64,000 nucleotides of DNA from the sequence record NC_047822.1; one strand, given 5' to 3'. This document shows positions 9,874 through 19,881 of the stretch, piece after piece; position 1 is the first letter of the stretch; each line of letters begins with the position of its first letter. The position numbers and the translations under genes were made by a program. The stretch is from Escherichia phage phiLLS. The notes below the pieces were generated by a model. That model saw only the letters and a program-made list of their open reading frames with translations, was not told the origin of the DNA and searched no databases.

Positions 9874-12433
9874 CGAGAATCCTTTTCACGTTATCCAGAT
9901 CTTTACATATAGCAATAAACTTATCATCCTTGTACTTGCTATGATCTGGATGCTCTTTATCCATTGCAGCTAGTTTCTTATACTCGAACTCTGCATCAAG
10001 TAATACACCCTTGACATAACGAGTATATTCATCATCATCAATACAAGCGATTGATGGATGCTGTTTCTTCATCTTACCACAGGAGTAGTCACGAGAACCT
10101 CCAGCCTCAGAATCAGAATCAATACCAATCGGACAGCCAGGGATACTGATACCACGGTCTTTCTGAATATTACGAATCAGGATTTCATTGTATTGGTCGA
10201 TCAAATCCTCACGAACAATAGCAACTACGGAGTCATGAACCAGCATAACAATCTTCATCTCTTGTTCTAGGCCAAGAGAAATGATCTCATTATCTGCATC
10301 TACCGCACCTAAAAGGAGGCTATCAGAAGAAGCAGACTGAATGATTGCGTTAAATCCAGAACGGATTTCTTCACCCTGAACACCACGGTCTTCGGAGTGG
10401 ATATTATGCAGACGACGTTTACGACCAAAGTGACTGTAGATAAATCCATGATTCTTGATCTGATCGTGGCACTTATCAATCCAACGCTTAAGCTGCGGGA
10501 ACTGACCGAAGTAAGTTTCAATGTACTCTTTAGCATCTGCAACAGTACACTCTACAAACGGTTCGCCTGTCTTAGCAGCCTGTTCCAGAAGAGCTTCGTT
10601 AACAGAATGAGCTACTTTAGCTGGGCCAGAACCATACAGAATACCAAAGGTGATTGCTTTAGCTGCTTGACGCAGAGCTGGGAATAACTTTTTAACATCA
10701 CGAGGTTCGCATTGGAGCTTAAATACCATGTGTGCGATGTTAGAGTGGAAGTCAGGGTATTTATCAGGTTCATTTCTCATGTTGATAAATACCTGTTGCA
10801 TATTTCTATCACCAGATAGAACAGCAGCATAATAAACTTCCGCAGTTGTTAAGTCCCATGCGATTACACGGTATCCAGGTGGTGCAACCACACAACCCTT
10901 GATAATAGATTCATCACGAGGTAACTGTTGCAGGTTCAGTTTACCAGAAGAACTCAGACGACCAGAAGTAGTCATGTGTTCGTGGAAGCCAGTACGAATG
11001 CAACCATCAGCATCAATGCTCAGAAGAATCTTCTCAACGTAAGTAGAGATCAGCTTAGTCAGCTTACGAATCTCCAGCAAAGTCTTAGCAATTGGATGCT
11101 GTGTAGACAATTCGTTCAGAGCTTCTGCATCTGTAGAGTCTGCTCCAGTATCCGTCAATTTACCTGTTGGAGTTAAGCCAACATAATCAAACAGAAGAAC
11201 ACGTAGCTGCTTAACAGAGTTTGGGTTAAATGCTTCGTTCTGATCTTTCTCTAGCTGAACGACTTCTGGATAAGTATACAGCTTCTCACGGGCTTTATTC
11301 AGATTATGAGTTAACTGATATTGAGCTTCTTTCAAGCGATCAATAGAAATTGGTACACCACGATCCTCAACACGCTGGAGAAATACACAACCAGGCATTA
11401 GAACATCATAATACAGACTGCAAAGTTTTTCATTCTTCTCAATTTTTGGTAAGAAGAAGTTGTGCAAACGTATGGTGGCATCGGTATCTTTTGCAGCGTA
11501 AGGCCACATAATATCAAACGGAATTAAATCATAGGTGAAATCTTCTTTCTTGATTTTATGTGCTTTGCAGTAATCCTCTTTGAACTTATCTAGTTCGAAG
11601 TCATAGTCACCCATATCGGTGTACTTCATCGCTAGAGATTTCAAGCCATGAGTACCACGACGCTCATCTAGAACATAATGCTGCAACATAGTATCATGGA
11701 GCCTGCGTTCTTTATGTGCTTTATCAAAAGTAAGTCCCAGATGGTACTTATAAAAGTGCATATCAAACTTCAAGTTGTGAAAAACAATAGTGTGGTTTTC
11801 ACTATCCAGAATTTTCTGGAGATAATATACTGCAACCTCTGTGAGACAATCAGAATCGATATACACACCCTGATACTCTTGGTGAGATATAGAAACACCA
11901 AGCAGATAACCATCTCGACAGTATAGTGCTGAGGTTTCGGAGTCGAATGCGACAGGTCCGATAACCATGTTATACACCATCTTGATATATTCTTCCGCCT
12001 CATCAGGGTCCGTAATAGGACGGTAATCACCAGCTTTTGCAACCTTCTCACGACCATTGATAATATCGTGGATATTCTCTACTGTTGCATCAAAAACTGG
12101 TTTCATTTCAGGCTTAAAGTGTAACTGGGCTGGGCTGATACTCGCAATCCAGTTAGCATATCCATTATACTCTACACGTTTACCAGTATAGTCACCAATG
12201 CCTTTCTTACCTGCGAAGTACAGGAAAGGTTCAGCACCTACTAGTATAACAAAATCATAATCATTCGGATCAAATGGGTTTTCTGGTGTTCCAATAGTAA
12301 TATGCTTTTTAAGCAAACGACCAGATAACTTCTCGTTACACATATGGAATACATCAACTTCCTCACCGTATAGCTGGAAGTGTTTATCGTAACGAGTGTT
12401 GTTTAGAGCTTTATCAACTACTGCGATTTTCAA
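9866..12433 (-). CDS. DNA polymerase, family A, with 3'-5' exonuclease domain
   Basis: 855 aa; exonuclease motifs (VAFDSETSAL, HNLKFD), polymerase motifs (RQAAKAITFGILYGSG, VHDSVV). Confidence 0.95.
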   Translation of the reverse strand: MKIAVVDKALNNTRYDKHFQLYGEEVDVFHMCNEKLSGRLLKKHITIGTPENPFDPNDYDFVILVGAEPFLYFAGKKGIGDYTGKRVEYNGYANWIASISPAQLHFKPEMKPVFDATVENIHDIINGREKVAKAGDYRPITDPDEAEEYIKMVYNMVIGPVAFDSETSALYCRDGYLLGVSISHQEYQGVYIDSDCLTEVAVYYLQKILDSENHTIVFHNLKFDMHFYKYHLGLTFDKAHKERRLHDTMLQHYVLDERRGTHGLKSLAMKYTDMGDYDFELDKFKEDYCKAHKIKKEDFTYDLIPFDIMWPYAAKDTDATIRLHNFFLPKIEKNEKLCSLYYDVLMPGCVFLQRVEDRGVPISIDRLKEAQYQLTHNLNKAREKLYTYPEVVQLEKDQNEAFNPNSVKQLRVLLFDYVGLTPTGKLTDTGADSTDAEALNELSTQHPIAKTLLEIRKLTKLISTYVEKILLSIDADGCIRTGFHEHMTTSGRLSSSGKLNLQQLPRDESIIKGCVVAPPGYRVIAWDLTTAEVYYAAVLSGDRNMQQVFINMRNEPDKYPDFHSNIAHMVFKLQCEPRDVKKLFPALRQAAKAITFGILYGSGPAKVAHSVNEALLEQAAKTGEPFVECTVADAKEYIETYFGQFPQLKRWIDKCHDQIKNHGFIYSHFGRKRRLHNIHSEDRGVQGEEIRSGFNAIIQSASSDSLLLGAVDADNEIISLGLEQEMKIVMLVHDSVVAIVREDLIDQYNEILIRNIQKDRGISIPGCPIGIDSDSEAGGSRDYSCGKMKKQHPSIACIDDDEYTRYVKGVLLDAEFEYKKLAAMDKEHPDHSKYKDDKFIAICKDLDNVKRILGA

Positions 12434-12494
12434 ATTTAATCTCCTCTTGGTAAGTAAGTATAACTTCAGTGTTTCTTCTCTAACTTACCAATAT

Positions 12495-12523
12495 ATTATA
12501 TCAAAGTATTAGGATAATAGCAA
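12495..12523 (-). promoter_or_regulatory. sigma70-type early promoter (conserved module), minus strand
   Basis: rc TTGCTA-17-TATAAT. Confidence 0.55.
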
Positions 12524-12526
12524 ATA

Positions 12527-12856
12527 CTATTTATATGTGTGTAGTAGTTTAAGCATTTCGTTGCGCTGCTTTTCTACTGCCTTAAGTTCTTCATCTATGC
12601 GCAAGAAAGCTCTGAGTACTTTCATAGATTGCTCAGTATTTTCTACAACAGCCCAATCATACGTTAGATATACCTCTTGACCAGTATCTTTTACTATAAA
12701 GTAAATATATGATGCTGGTAATTTAGAGTCTCCAAATAGATGGAAATCCTTTCGTTTATTAAGGGATTCTAGTACCGTAAACCGTTCTAACTCCACTCTT
12801 TCATGTGTTGTACTGTCGTATACTGGAACATCCTCATAAATATATACATATTCCAT
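12527..12856 (-). CDS. hypothetical protein
   Basis: 109 aa ORF. Confidence 0.5.
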   Translation of the reverse strand: MEYVYIYEDVPVYDSTTHERVELERFTVLESLNKRKDFHLFGDSKLPASYIYFIVKDTGQEVYLTYDWAVVENTEQSMKVLRAFLRIDEELKAVEKQRNEMLKLLHTYK

Positions 12857-12884
12857 AGTGACTCCTCAGTTATTTATGAAAATA

Positions 12885-13775
12885 TTATACCAAATCTTTA
12901 AGCGATTCAGCAACTAAAATTTCAATACGTTTTGCTAACATATCAATTTCATCTTTGTTTAAATCACCCGGATCTTTACCTTCTGGCAGAAGAAAGTTAG
13001 CAACTACAGGTGTTAAACGCGTTTTTGTACGAATTAACTTGGCCAATGCTTGTGCAGCCTTATTACCAGAAGCATCATTATCTAGTAAGATAACAACAAC
13101 TTTAACACCAGCAATAATATAAGGACTGAACTTATCTGCAATGTTATCCGAGGTAAACTGATGTGTACCAAAGCAGCAAGAAGCATAGTCTATACCATTA
13201 TCCTCTAGGTTCAGCATATCAAAGATACCTTCAACTAGAATAAGAACTGGAGTATTATATCGTACAGGGAAAATCGGTGGTGAAACTTGTTTTGGTTTTA
13301 CTAAGTATTTAGGAGGGGCAGAACTGTTTATAGAACGACCCAAAAATAGGATATTGCGTCCAACAGCATCTGTGATTGGGAATACAATTCTGCCTTCCCA
13401 GTCTGCTTGGTGTTGGAAAGCAAAATATTTCTTCAAGGTCTTAGAACTTATACCTCGGAAATCACCTTCGAAAAGGTAAGCAGATTCAGGAATTGCAAGA
13501 TTCGTTGATCCATTCCTAATCTCTGAAATCTTTTTGCGTACTTGCGATAGCCTTGGGGACTGTCGGTACTGAGTCTCATTAAAATAATGGTAAATGCTCG
13601 GTATACCTTTACCGAAGCCACAACTCAAGCAGTGCATAATACCTGTTTCAGGATCAATACGCAAACTTGGATGTTTATCGTCATGATCTGGATTGAGACA
13701 ACAGATGAGGATGTCCCCACCTGTGTCTTTATATTCAATGCCTTTCAGATCAAGTAGTTCTGTTATTCTACTCAT
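12885..13775 (-). CDS. DNA primase (zinc ribbon + TOPRIM)
   Basis: 296 aa; CHC2-type zinc ribbon CCLNPDHDDKHPS...CLSCG; TOPRIM LVEGIFD. Confidence 0.8.
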   Translation of the reverse strand: MSRITELLDLKGIEYKDTGGDILICCLNPDHDDKHPSLRIDPETGIMHCLSCGFGKGIPSIYHYFNETQYRQSPRLSQVRKKISEIRNGSTNLAIPESAYLFEGDFRGISSKTLKKYFAFQHQADWEGRIVFPITDAVGRNILFLGRSINSSAPPKYLVKPKQVSPPIFPVRYNTPVLILVEGIFDMLNLEDNGIDYASCCFGTHQFTSDNIADKFSPYIIAGVKVVVILLDNDASGNKAAQALAKLIRTKTRLTPVVANFLLPEGKDPGDLNKDEIDMLAKRIEILVAESLKDLV

Positions 13776-15244
13776 ATATCGCTGGCCTGTTCACCTGTTG
13801 AATTTTCAGTTTTGTCTTTCTTAGCACGTTTAGGTTGAGCCGGCTTATCCTTCTCAATAGGGATAACGAACTCAGCTTCCATTTGAGATATATCTTCCAT
13901 TGCTAGGTTGGTAGTGTTATCCATCCGCAGGGTTTCCCAGTTCATTTTAGGCATAAACTTCACACTATCAGAAGAACGAGTCTTAACGAAGTCAAACATA
14001 ATAGCACCTTGACCATTATCAGCTTTTGCAGCATTAAGATTAGCAGCCATGTCTGCGGAATCAAGAATACCCTTTGACATACGTGTTCTACCATCTTGAT
14101 CGATCTGGTAAGGAGCTACACCAGCCACGTTATGTTTCTGGCAGATAGATTTGAAAGACGAGCTAACAACCATCTGTTCTTTCCAGTCATACATATCAAT
14201 GGTTTTAGAGTCTGGAAGTCGGGTTTGGTTAATATAGTCCAGTAAAGCTACTGTAACTTTATCACCATATCTAGCAACTAATTTATTTAATTCTACGTCA
14301 ACTGTTGTAATGGACAGTTCAGGGTCATAAACGATAATCATAGGAGTATGTAGTTCATATCCCTCTATTAGCTTACTCTCCATATCGTAGAAATCACTCA
14401 TCTTAGCCATTGTGTACTGTTTAACGAAGTTGTCGAAAAGCTCTTCACCACCATTAAACATCCTAGCTCTAGTTCTGGCTAATCTCAACAGAGCTGCACC
14501 TTCTAGAGTATTATTACGCATTGCTAATGCTGATACACCAGCTAACATGGCTAGATTACGTCTAAATACTTCATGTTCTTTCATCTCAATTGAGAAGTAT
14601 GGAGCAATATCTCCATTCAAATATTGCTGAACCTGTATGTTTGAACAGATAATGGATTTACCAGTACCACGCCAACCACCAAGCAGTAACGTTTCTGTGC
14701 GAGCTAAACCAATTTGAGCGTCAAACTCATTACAAATACCAAGAGCGATTAGGTTCAGTTTGGTATCTTCTTCTCTCTGGAAAATACGCATATTATCTGC
14801 GTTGAATACTTTTCCAGTATTCGTTACTTTCTCTTCTAATTTTAAGTGAAGGGAGGCAACTCGGTTGAGAATTTCTCCCTGATCCAGCATTGTTAAATCT
14901 TGAAGCACGTCTGTTTCTAGAAGCTTCAGGAATAAATCCTGTGTATATTCGGCTTCTAGGACTTCAAGTGCCTGTTCCATGCTCACTTCTGGAATTTGAG
15001 TGTTAGCTAAGACGACTAGAGCTTGAGAAAGGCGGGCGTTCCTATTAGCTTCAAGCATAAGTGCGTCAATGGACGGCATTGTGTTATATTTTTTATAATA
15101 ATTCTGGACGGCTTGGTAAATTGAGGAGAAAGCGTCATTAAAATGATCTTTATGCAGTTTTGAGAATGTTTCCAATGCTATTTGCTTCTGTTCGGAAGCT
15201 AGAAGCATCTTCAACACTACAGCTTGCACGTTAAACAAGGTCAT
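13772..15244 (-). CDS. replicative DNA helicase (DnaB-like)
   Basis: Walker A GGWRGTGKS; start chosen at MTLFN with AAGGAG SD (track ORF extends to 15295 into hairpin). Confidence 0.75.
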   Translation of the reverse strand: MTLFNVQAVVLKMLLASEQKQIALETFSKLHKDHFNDAFSSIYQAVQNYYKKYNTMPSIDALMLEANRNARLSQALVVLANTQIPEVSMEQALEVLEAEYTQDLFLKLLETDVLQDLTMLDQGEILNRVASLHLKLEEKVTNTGKVFNADNMRIFQREEDTKLNLIALGICNEFDAQIGLARTETLLLGGWRGTGKSIICSNIQVQQYLNGDIAPYFSIEMKEHEVFRRNLAMLAGVSALAMRNNTLEGAALLRLARTRARMFNGGEELFDNFVKQYTMAKMSDFYDMESKLIEGYELHTPMIIVYDPELSITTVDVELNKLVARYGDKVTVALLDYINQTRLPDSKTIDMYDWKEQMVVSSSFKSICQKHNVAGVAPYQIDQDGRTRMSKGILDSADMAANLNAAKADNGQGAIMFDFVKTRSSDSVKFMPKMNWETLRMDNTTNLAMEDISQMEAEFVIPIEKDKPAQPKRAKKDKTENSTGEQASDI

Positions 15245-15286
15245 TCTCCTTTGCACGCTTTCGTGCCTTCTAAATGCAAAAAGGGG

Positions 15287-15326
15287 AAGGAGCATAGCCC
15301 CCTCCCCTTAGGTTTAATTTACCAGA
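15287..15326 (-). terminator. rho-independent terminator (minus strand)
   Basis: GC-rich hairpin ggggaggggg...ccttcccc followed by T-run on minus strand. Confidence 0.5.
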
Positions 15327-16094
15327 TTATTCAGCAGCCGCAGCTTTTGCATCCAGTTTAGCACGCTTAGCGGCACCATCATAGTCCTTAGCAACCAGAC
15401 CACGACGAGACAGCATAGATTTAACACCGCGCTCAGACTTACCAGTTTTCTCAGCGATCTCAGCAACAGTCATGTTAACCAGATCCAGACCTTCTAACAG
15501 ATCTTCACGAGTTTTAGCACTTGAGGTTTCCTGTACCGGCATAGCGGCGATACGACCTTCACGAAGCAAGCTCAGAGCTTTACCACGAATCTGCTTGATA
15601 TTGCGACCGAAGTGAGCAGCGATAGCTTCAATAGTAGCACCAGCAACAACCTGATTAACAAAATCAGTTTCTTCATCCGGAGTGAAGGAACGAACAGCAG
15701 CAGCTTTTTCGGTTGGTTTAACAGAAGCGGTCATTTCCAGACTCAGAATCTTACCCTGTACCTGCTTAGCACCGAACTGACCACCAGCTACAGCAGCAGC
15801 AATTTCAGCATAGGTATACTGACCAGCATGAGCGTTCAGGAAATCAACCAGTTCAGCTTCCTGCTCAGGAGTCCACGGGGATTTCTGTACTTCGTTAGCT
15901 TTTTGTACTTCAAAACCTTCTTTACGCAGTTTAGAGCCAACAGAGCGAGCAGTAACATCTTTACCAGTTTCAGCAGCCAGTTCAGCAGCGATAGCAGCTA
16001 CTTGTTCTTGAGAGATTACAGCAACACCCAGAGCAGTGGCTTTTGCTTTCAGAGACTCGGTTACACCTTCTACGTTCCAGTTCAGTTTAGACAT
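15327..16094 (-). CDS. Ala-rich putative DNA-binding protein (T5 D5-like)
   Basis: 255 aa ORF with internally repeated helical segments. Confidence 0.5.
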   Translation of the reverse strand: MSKLNWNVEGVTESLKAKATALGVAVISQEQVAAIAAELAAETGKDVTARSVGSKLRKEGFEVQKANEVQKSPWTPEQEAELVDFLNAHAGQYTYAEIAAAVAGGQFGAKQVQGKILSLEMTASVKPTEKAAAVRSFTPDEETDFVNQVVAGATIEAIAAHFGRNIKQIRGKALSLLREGRIAAMPVQETSSAKTREDLLEGLDLVNMTVAEIAEKTGKSERGVKSMLSRRGLVAKDYDGAAKRAKLDAKAAAAE

Positions 16095-16869
16095 TATTAT
16101 TTTTCTCCAATAGTTCTTTAATCGACAGGATTTCTATCCCATTCGTTTCGGCTTTCTTATAAGATGAGGAAGAACATTTTGATTCATCCTCACAGATTAG
16201 GTATTTGACGTCTTTGGTAACGGATTTCTTAACCGTATACCCTAGACTTTCTAAATAGTTTGTTGCATCCGTTCTATTTGCAAAATCTTGCAAAGATCCG
16301 GTAATACACACCGCGATTCCATTTGGCTGGGCAACTAATTCATCCGTAATGATAATATTAGCTTTAGTGCCCTTAATACCAGTTGAAAATTTCCACGGTA
16401 GTTCGATAACATCCTTGCCTTGTGGGGAATTTAGCCAGGCTTTATAATTTTCTCCAGCCTTGCCGTCAGCCTTCACATCGTGGAAGCTAGTGCAATTTTG
16501 GGATAATTTCTTTGCTGCAACCTCTCCAATTAGAGGGATTCCTAAAGAACCGAGAACTGAACCAAAGTCAATGTCTCCGCGAACTTTAGTATTTAATTCG
16601 CTAATTAACTTAGCGGCAACCTTGCTACCCACGGCTCTAACCAAATCTTCTTCGGTTAGGTAAAATAGTTCTGAAATCTTCGTCAGCTCCAGCTTCTCAA
16701 TAGTTTTTGGACCAAAGCCCTTTAACTTCATTTTTGAACAGAAGTTCTCAATTAACTTGCTTGATTGCGCTGGACAATTGGACTTATTACGACAGAATAA
16801 TTGTCCGTTGACAAGATCTAGCTTAGAACCACAAGAGGGACATTGTGTTGGAATTTCGATTTTCATCAA
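16087..16869 (-). CDS. NAD-dependent DNA ligase, C-terminal part (Zn-finger/HhH/BRCT-like)
   Basis: 260 aa; CPSCGSKL...C Zn finger, HhH-like GFGPKTIEKL. Confidence 0.75.
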   Translation of the reverse strand: MMKIEIPTQCPSCGSKLDLVNGQLFCRNKSNCPAQSSKLIENFCSKMKLKGFGPKTIEKLELTKISELFYLTEEDLVRAVGSKVAAKLISELNTKVRGDIDFGSVLGSLGIPLIGEVAAKKLSQNCTSFHDVKADGKAGENYKAWLNSPQGKDVIELPWKFSTGIKGTKANIIITDELVAQPNGIAVCITGSLQDFANRTDATNYLESLGYTVKKSVTKDVKYLICEDESKCSSSSYKKAETNGIEILSIKELLEKNNNV

Positions 16870-16896
16870 ATTTCTTCCTTATCAATTTATATAAAT

Positions 16897-16925
16897 ATTA
16901 TAGCAAGTATTTAAGCATTTAGCAA
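16897..16925 (-). promoter_or_regulatory. sigma70-type early promoter between the two ligase ORFs (minus strand)
   Basis: rc TTGCTA-17-TATAAT with ATAAATTGA downstream. Confidence 0.55.
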
Positions 16926-17068
16926 CTACAATTTTAACTAACTTTGCTTACCCTCGCCATAACTTTCTATCCCTCAACTGAATGATAATAGTATATACCT
17001 AAGCGGCGAAAATGTCAATAACCACTTTATAATTCCGATATGGTAGATGGGTAGCAAGGGGTTATGTA

Positions 17069-18040
17069 TTAATCGTATACTCGCTCTACTATGCACGGGA
17101 TTACACCACCAGCACGAATCACTCGAATCTGGCAACCGATCTCTAGATCGAGAGAGTTAATATAATCAACGTTATTAAGAGTCGCTTTAACAATTGTAGC
17201 ATCATCAATAATTACCGGTTCGAAATAACCAACTGGAGTTACTTTACCAGAAGCCCCTACCTGCCATTCAACTCTAGTAAGAGTTGTAATCTCGCCTTCT
17301 TCATCCTCTTTAATAGCGAATGCTCCACGAGGGAATTTATTAGTCCAGCCTTCCCGGAAGAATTTGTTGTTGTCATTAATACGAACAACTTTACCGTCCG
17401 TCGGAATCCATTTAAAGAAGGAACGCACATTAACAACTGTTAAGAAATCTTCATTCTCTAGCCAAAGCATATCTTTTAAGTACGATTCTGTAATACCCAC
17501 AGATTCAGCAGAACACTGGATACCGTATGCAACGAAGATTAAACCACCTTCCCCGATACGTTGTACGAAATCATCGCTATCTTTGAGGTTAATAGCACCT
17601 GAGGCAAAGTTACGTTTATTTTCTACTTCTTTTGTAATTAGAACTTCACCAGTGATTTGAGTAGGTACTTTTTGGGAAATCTTTTTAGGGATATTCAGCA
17701 GTCTTACGTTGCTTGTGACATCATTCCCTAGAATACCATTACCACGAGTTAGTGCTTGAACAAATTCGCCATTAATATATAATAGAGAAATCGCACAACC
17801 ATCTAACTTGTCAGTTTCTACCTGACCTAATGGGTTAAATGGGGGTTTATCTCCACGATTATAATAAACTTTCTGTAAAGAATACATACGGTACAGATGT
17901 GGAATATCACCCTTAGGCCCGATCTCTTCTTCTAACGGAAATCTTTTAATCAGACGATCATATTCTTCATCAGAGATTAAAGACATTCCCTGGTAATATG
18001 CTTCTTGGCAACGTTTAATAAATTCTTTTACATTGGTCAT
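17069..18040 (-). CDS. NAD-dependent DNA ligase, N-terminal adenylation part
   Basis: 323 aa; KxDG adenylation motif (TDKLDGCAISL), N-terminal NAD-binding Ia-like region. Confidence 0.8.
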   Translation of the reverse strand: MTNVKEFIKRCQEAYYQGMSLISDEEYDRLIKRFPLEEEIGPKGDIPHLYRMYSLQKVYYNRGDKPPFNPLGQVETDKLDGCAISLLYINGEFVQALTRGNGILGNDVTSNVRLLNIPKKISQKVPTQITGEVLITKEVENKRNFASGAINLKDSDDFVQRIGEGGLIFVAYGIQCSAESVGITESYLKDMLWLENEDFLTVVNVRSFFKWIPTDGKVVRINDNNKFFREGWTNKFPRGAFAIKEDEEGEITTLTRVEWQVGASGKVTPVGYFEPVIIDDATIVKATLNNVDYINSLDLEIGCQIRVIRAGGVIPCIVERVYD

Positions 18041-18313
18041 TTATTCTGCCTCATAGTACGTGGGTTGTCTGGTAGATCCGTGCCACGTATAATTTTTGCA
18101 AAGATGCAAATATGTAGTTTTTACTAGCCTATCCGATAATGGAGAGTATATTTCAGCTATTAATACTTCTTTTTCGTAATAAAGTGAAATCAGTTTATAC
18201 CCAATTCTAGTTTTAGTATACTTTTCCCCATTAATCTTTTCCTCCCACATGAGTATGAGGGGCTGTCCGATATATGGAAAAGGTTTAAGTGTACTTATGT
18301 TTATCTTTTTCAC
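18041..18313 (-). CDS. hypothetical protein
   Basis: 90 aa ORF abutting ligase. Confidence 0.45.
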   Translation of the reverse strand: MKKINISTLKPFPYIGQPLILMWEEKINGEKYTKTRIGYKLISLYYEKEVLIAEIYSPLSDRLVKTTYLHLCKNYTWHGSTRQPTYYEAE

Positions 18314-18343
18314 TTTGCAACCCTCTCATTAATTTATATAAAT

Positions 18344-18372
18344 ATTATATAACAAAACTGAGTTGAAAGCAA
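18344..18372 (-). promoter_or_regulatory. sigma70-type early promoter (minus strand)
   Basis: rc TTGCTT-17-TATAAT. Confidence 0.55.
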
Positions 18373-18399
18373 ATACATTTATAAAGAAAAAGCCAAGAA

Positions 18400-18708
18400 C
18401 TAGGCATTCTTGGCTTTGAGTTCTTCAGCTCGTTTCTGTACTTCATGTAAAACCTCAGATTCACTAAGAATCTGTGTAAACGCGTAGAAAAGCTGTGATG
18501 TTGTTTCTAGGGTGTAAGGAAAAGAGAAGCCAGATTTCGTTGGAAACCATTCATCATTAATATCAAGAAGCCAGTAACGAATACCCATGTATAGATTCCC
18601 ACGAAATTCAGATACTGTTAATCTTACTTGTTCTCCCTCCTTCTCCCAAAGTATGATGGACTGGTCATCAACGTGTCCTTCATAGTTTTGATTTACCTGT
18701 TCGCTCAT
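18400..18708 (-). CDS. hypothetical protein
   Basis: 102 aa ORF. Confidence 0.5.
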   Translation of the reverse strand: MSEQVNQNYEGHVDDQSIILWEKEGEQVRLTVSEFRGNLYMGIRYWLLDINDEWFPTKSGFSFPYTLETTSQLFYAFTQILSESEVLHEVQKRAEELKAKNA

Positions 18709-18727
18709 TTACATATCCCAAATACAC

Positions 18728-18752
18728 AAAAAGCCCCATATAGGGGCTAATT
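18728..18752 (-). terminator. rho-independent terminator (minus strand)
   Basis: agcccctatatggggct hairpin plus T-run on minus strand. Confidence 0.55.
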
Positions 18753-18758
18753 GGTTTC

Positions 18759-19055
18759 TTATCGGCCTACTGGAGAAGCACGATCTAACTCTGATTGGAG
18801 GCTAGTCACACGACGGACTTTCTCAACAGGAATAAAACGGAAGCTATCATTAGTACGAGAGAAGACAAGGATCTCATCATCTTTCGCTTTACGAATACGT
18901 TCACGTTTAATACGCTCAGCCAGATATTTATCTTGGGCTGGATCAAATTCCATCGTACCCTGAAGGTACGTGGTTCCTTTCTGACGAAGTTTCTCGTAAT
19001 GAAGATAAAACTCACCAAATTTTTCACATTGTGCGATAATTTCAGCTTTGGTCAT
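18759..19055 (-). CDS. hypothetical protein
   Basis: 98 aa ORF. Confidence 0.5.
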   Translation of the reverse strand: MTKAEIIAQCEKFGEFYLHYEKLRQKGTTYLQGTMEFDPAQDKYLAERIKRERIRKAKDDEILVFSRTNDSFRFIPVEKVRRVTSLQSELDRASPVGR

Positions 19056-19091
19056 AACTGTGTTCCTTTTGTTGGTGGATTTATCTAAATA

Positions 19092-19502
19092 TTACTTAGT
19101 AATAGCTCGGATTGCTTCTGCCAGATGAGCAGCCGCTTTACCGGTCAGTTTGTCGATAATTGCATCATCCAGAAAATCTGGTGCTAAGCCAGCGTCAGAG
19201 AATGCTGCGCGAAGGTCGGCATGGGCTTGAGCTTTGGAGGTACGAGAACCACCGGAAGCTTTTTCTCCAGTAGATGCGCTAGATTTAGAAGTAGAACCAG
19301 CAGCTTTCTTAATATACAAACCTGCTTTAGTCAGCTTCATACGAAAACCGTTCGGAGTTACACCATTTTCCTGGGCAATTTCGCTAACAATTTCCATGCT
19401 AACACCCGGACGTTCATCCTCTGGGAATTGCTCCATACGAGCAACGTATTCGGAAGACATTTTTTCGAACAGTTCATCAGTCCACTGAGTTGGAGTAGTC
19501 AT
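19092..19502 (-). CDS. hypothetical protein
   Basis: 136 aa ORF. Confidence 0.5.
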   Translation of the reverse strand: MTTPTQWTDELFEKMSSEYVARMEQFPEDERPGVSMEIVSEIAQENGVTPNGFRMKLTKAGLYIKKAAGSTSKSSASTGEKASGGSRTSKAQAHADLRAAFSDAGLAPDFLDDAIIDKLTGKAAAHLAEAIRAITK

Positions 19503-19549
19503 ATTTTATATTTCCTTAATTAAGAATTAAACAGAATAGTTCTTTCAAA

Positions 19550-19578
19550 CTATGAGAATATTATATCAAGAATTGTAG
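19550..19578 (-). promoter_or_regulatory. sigma70-type early promoter (minus strand)
   Basis: rc TTGCTT-17-TATAAT. Confidence 0.5.
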
Positions 19579-19605
19579 GATTAAGCAACTGAAATTTTTA
19601 AGTAG

Positions 19606-19881
19606 TTACTCCACCAGGCCAACAGCGAGCATATCCTCGATGCTGGCAACCTCCCAATCATCTGCAATAGCTTCGCATACTGTTAATGAAACAACCTCGC
19701 TATATGGATAGTTACCGGCTACCCAGGTATGCTGAGTAGCTATATCCGAGTCAGCATCTAAAGTTAGTAACACTAAGCCGTTATTATCGTTATCCCAGCT
19801 TCTACGATATAGTGTTTTTACTTCCCCATCTTTAAGTAAATCAGTTAGTCTACTCACGGCGTTTTCCTTTTTCTTTATCAA
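19606..19881 (-). CDS. hypothetical protein
   Basis: 91 aa ORF. Confidence 0.45.
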   Translation of the reverse strand: MIKKKENAVSRLTDLLKDGEVKTLYRRSWDNDNNGLVLLTLDADSDIATQHTWVAGNYPYSEVVSLTVCEAIADDWEVASIEDMLAVGLVE

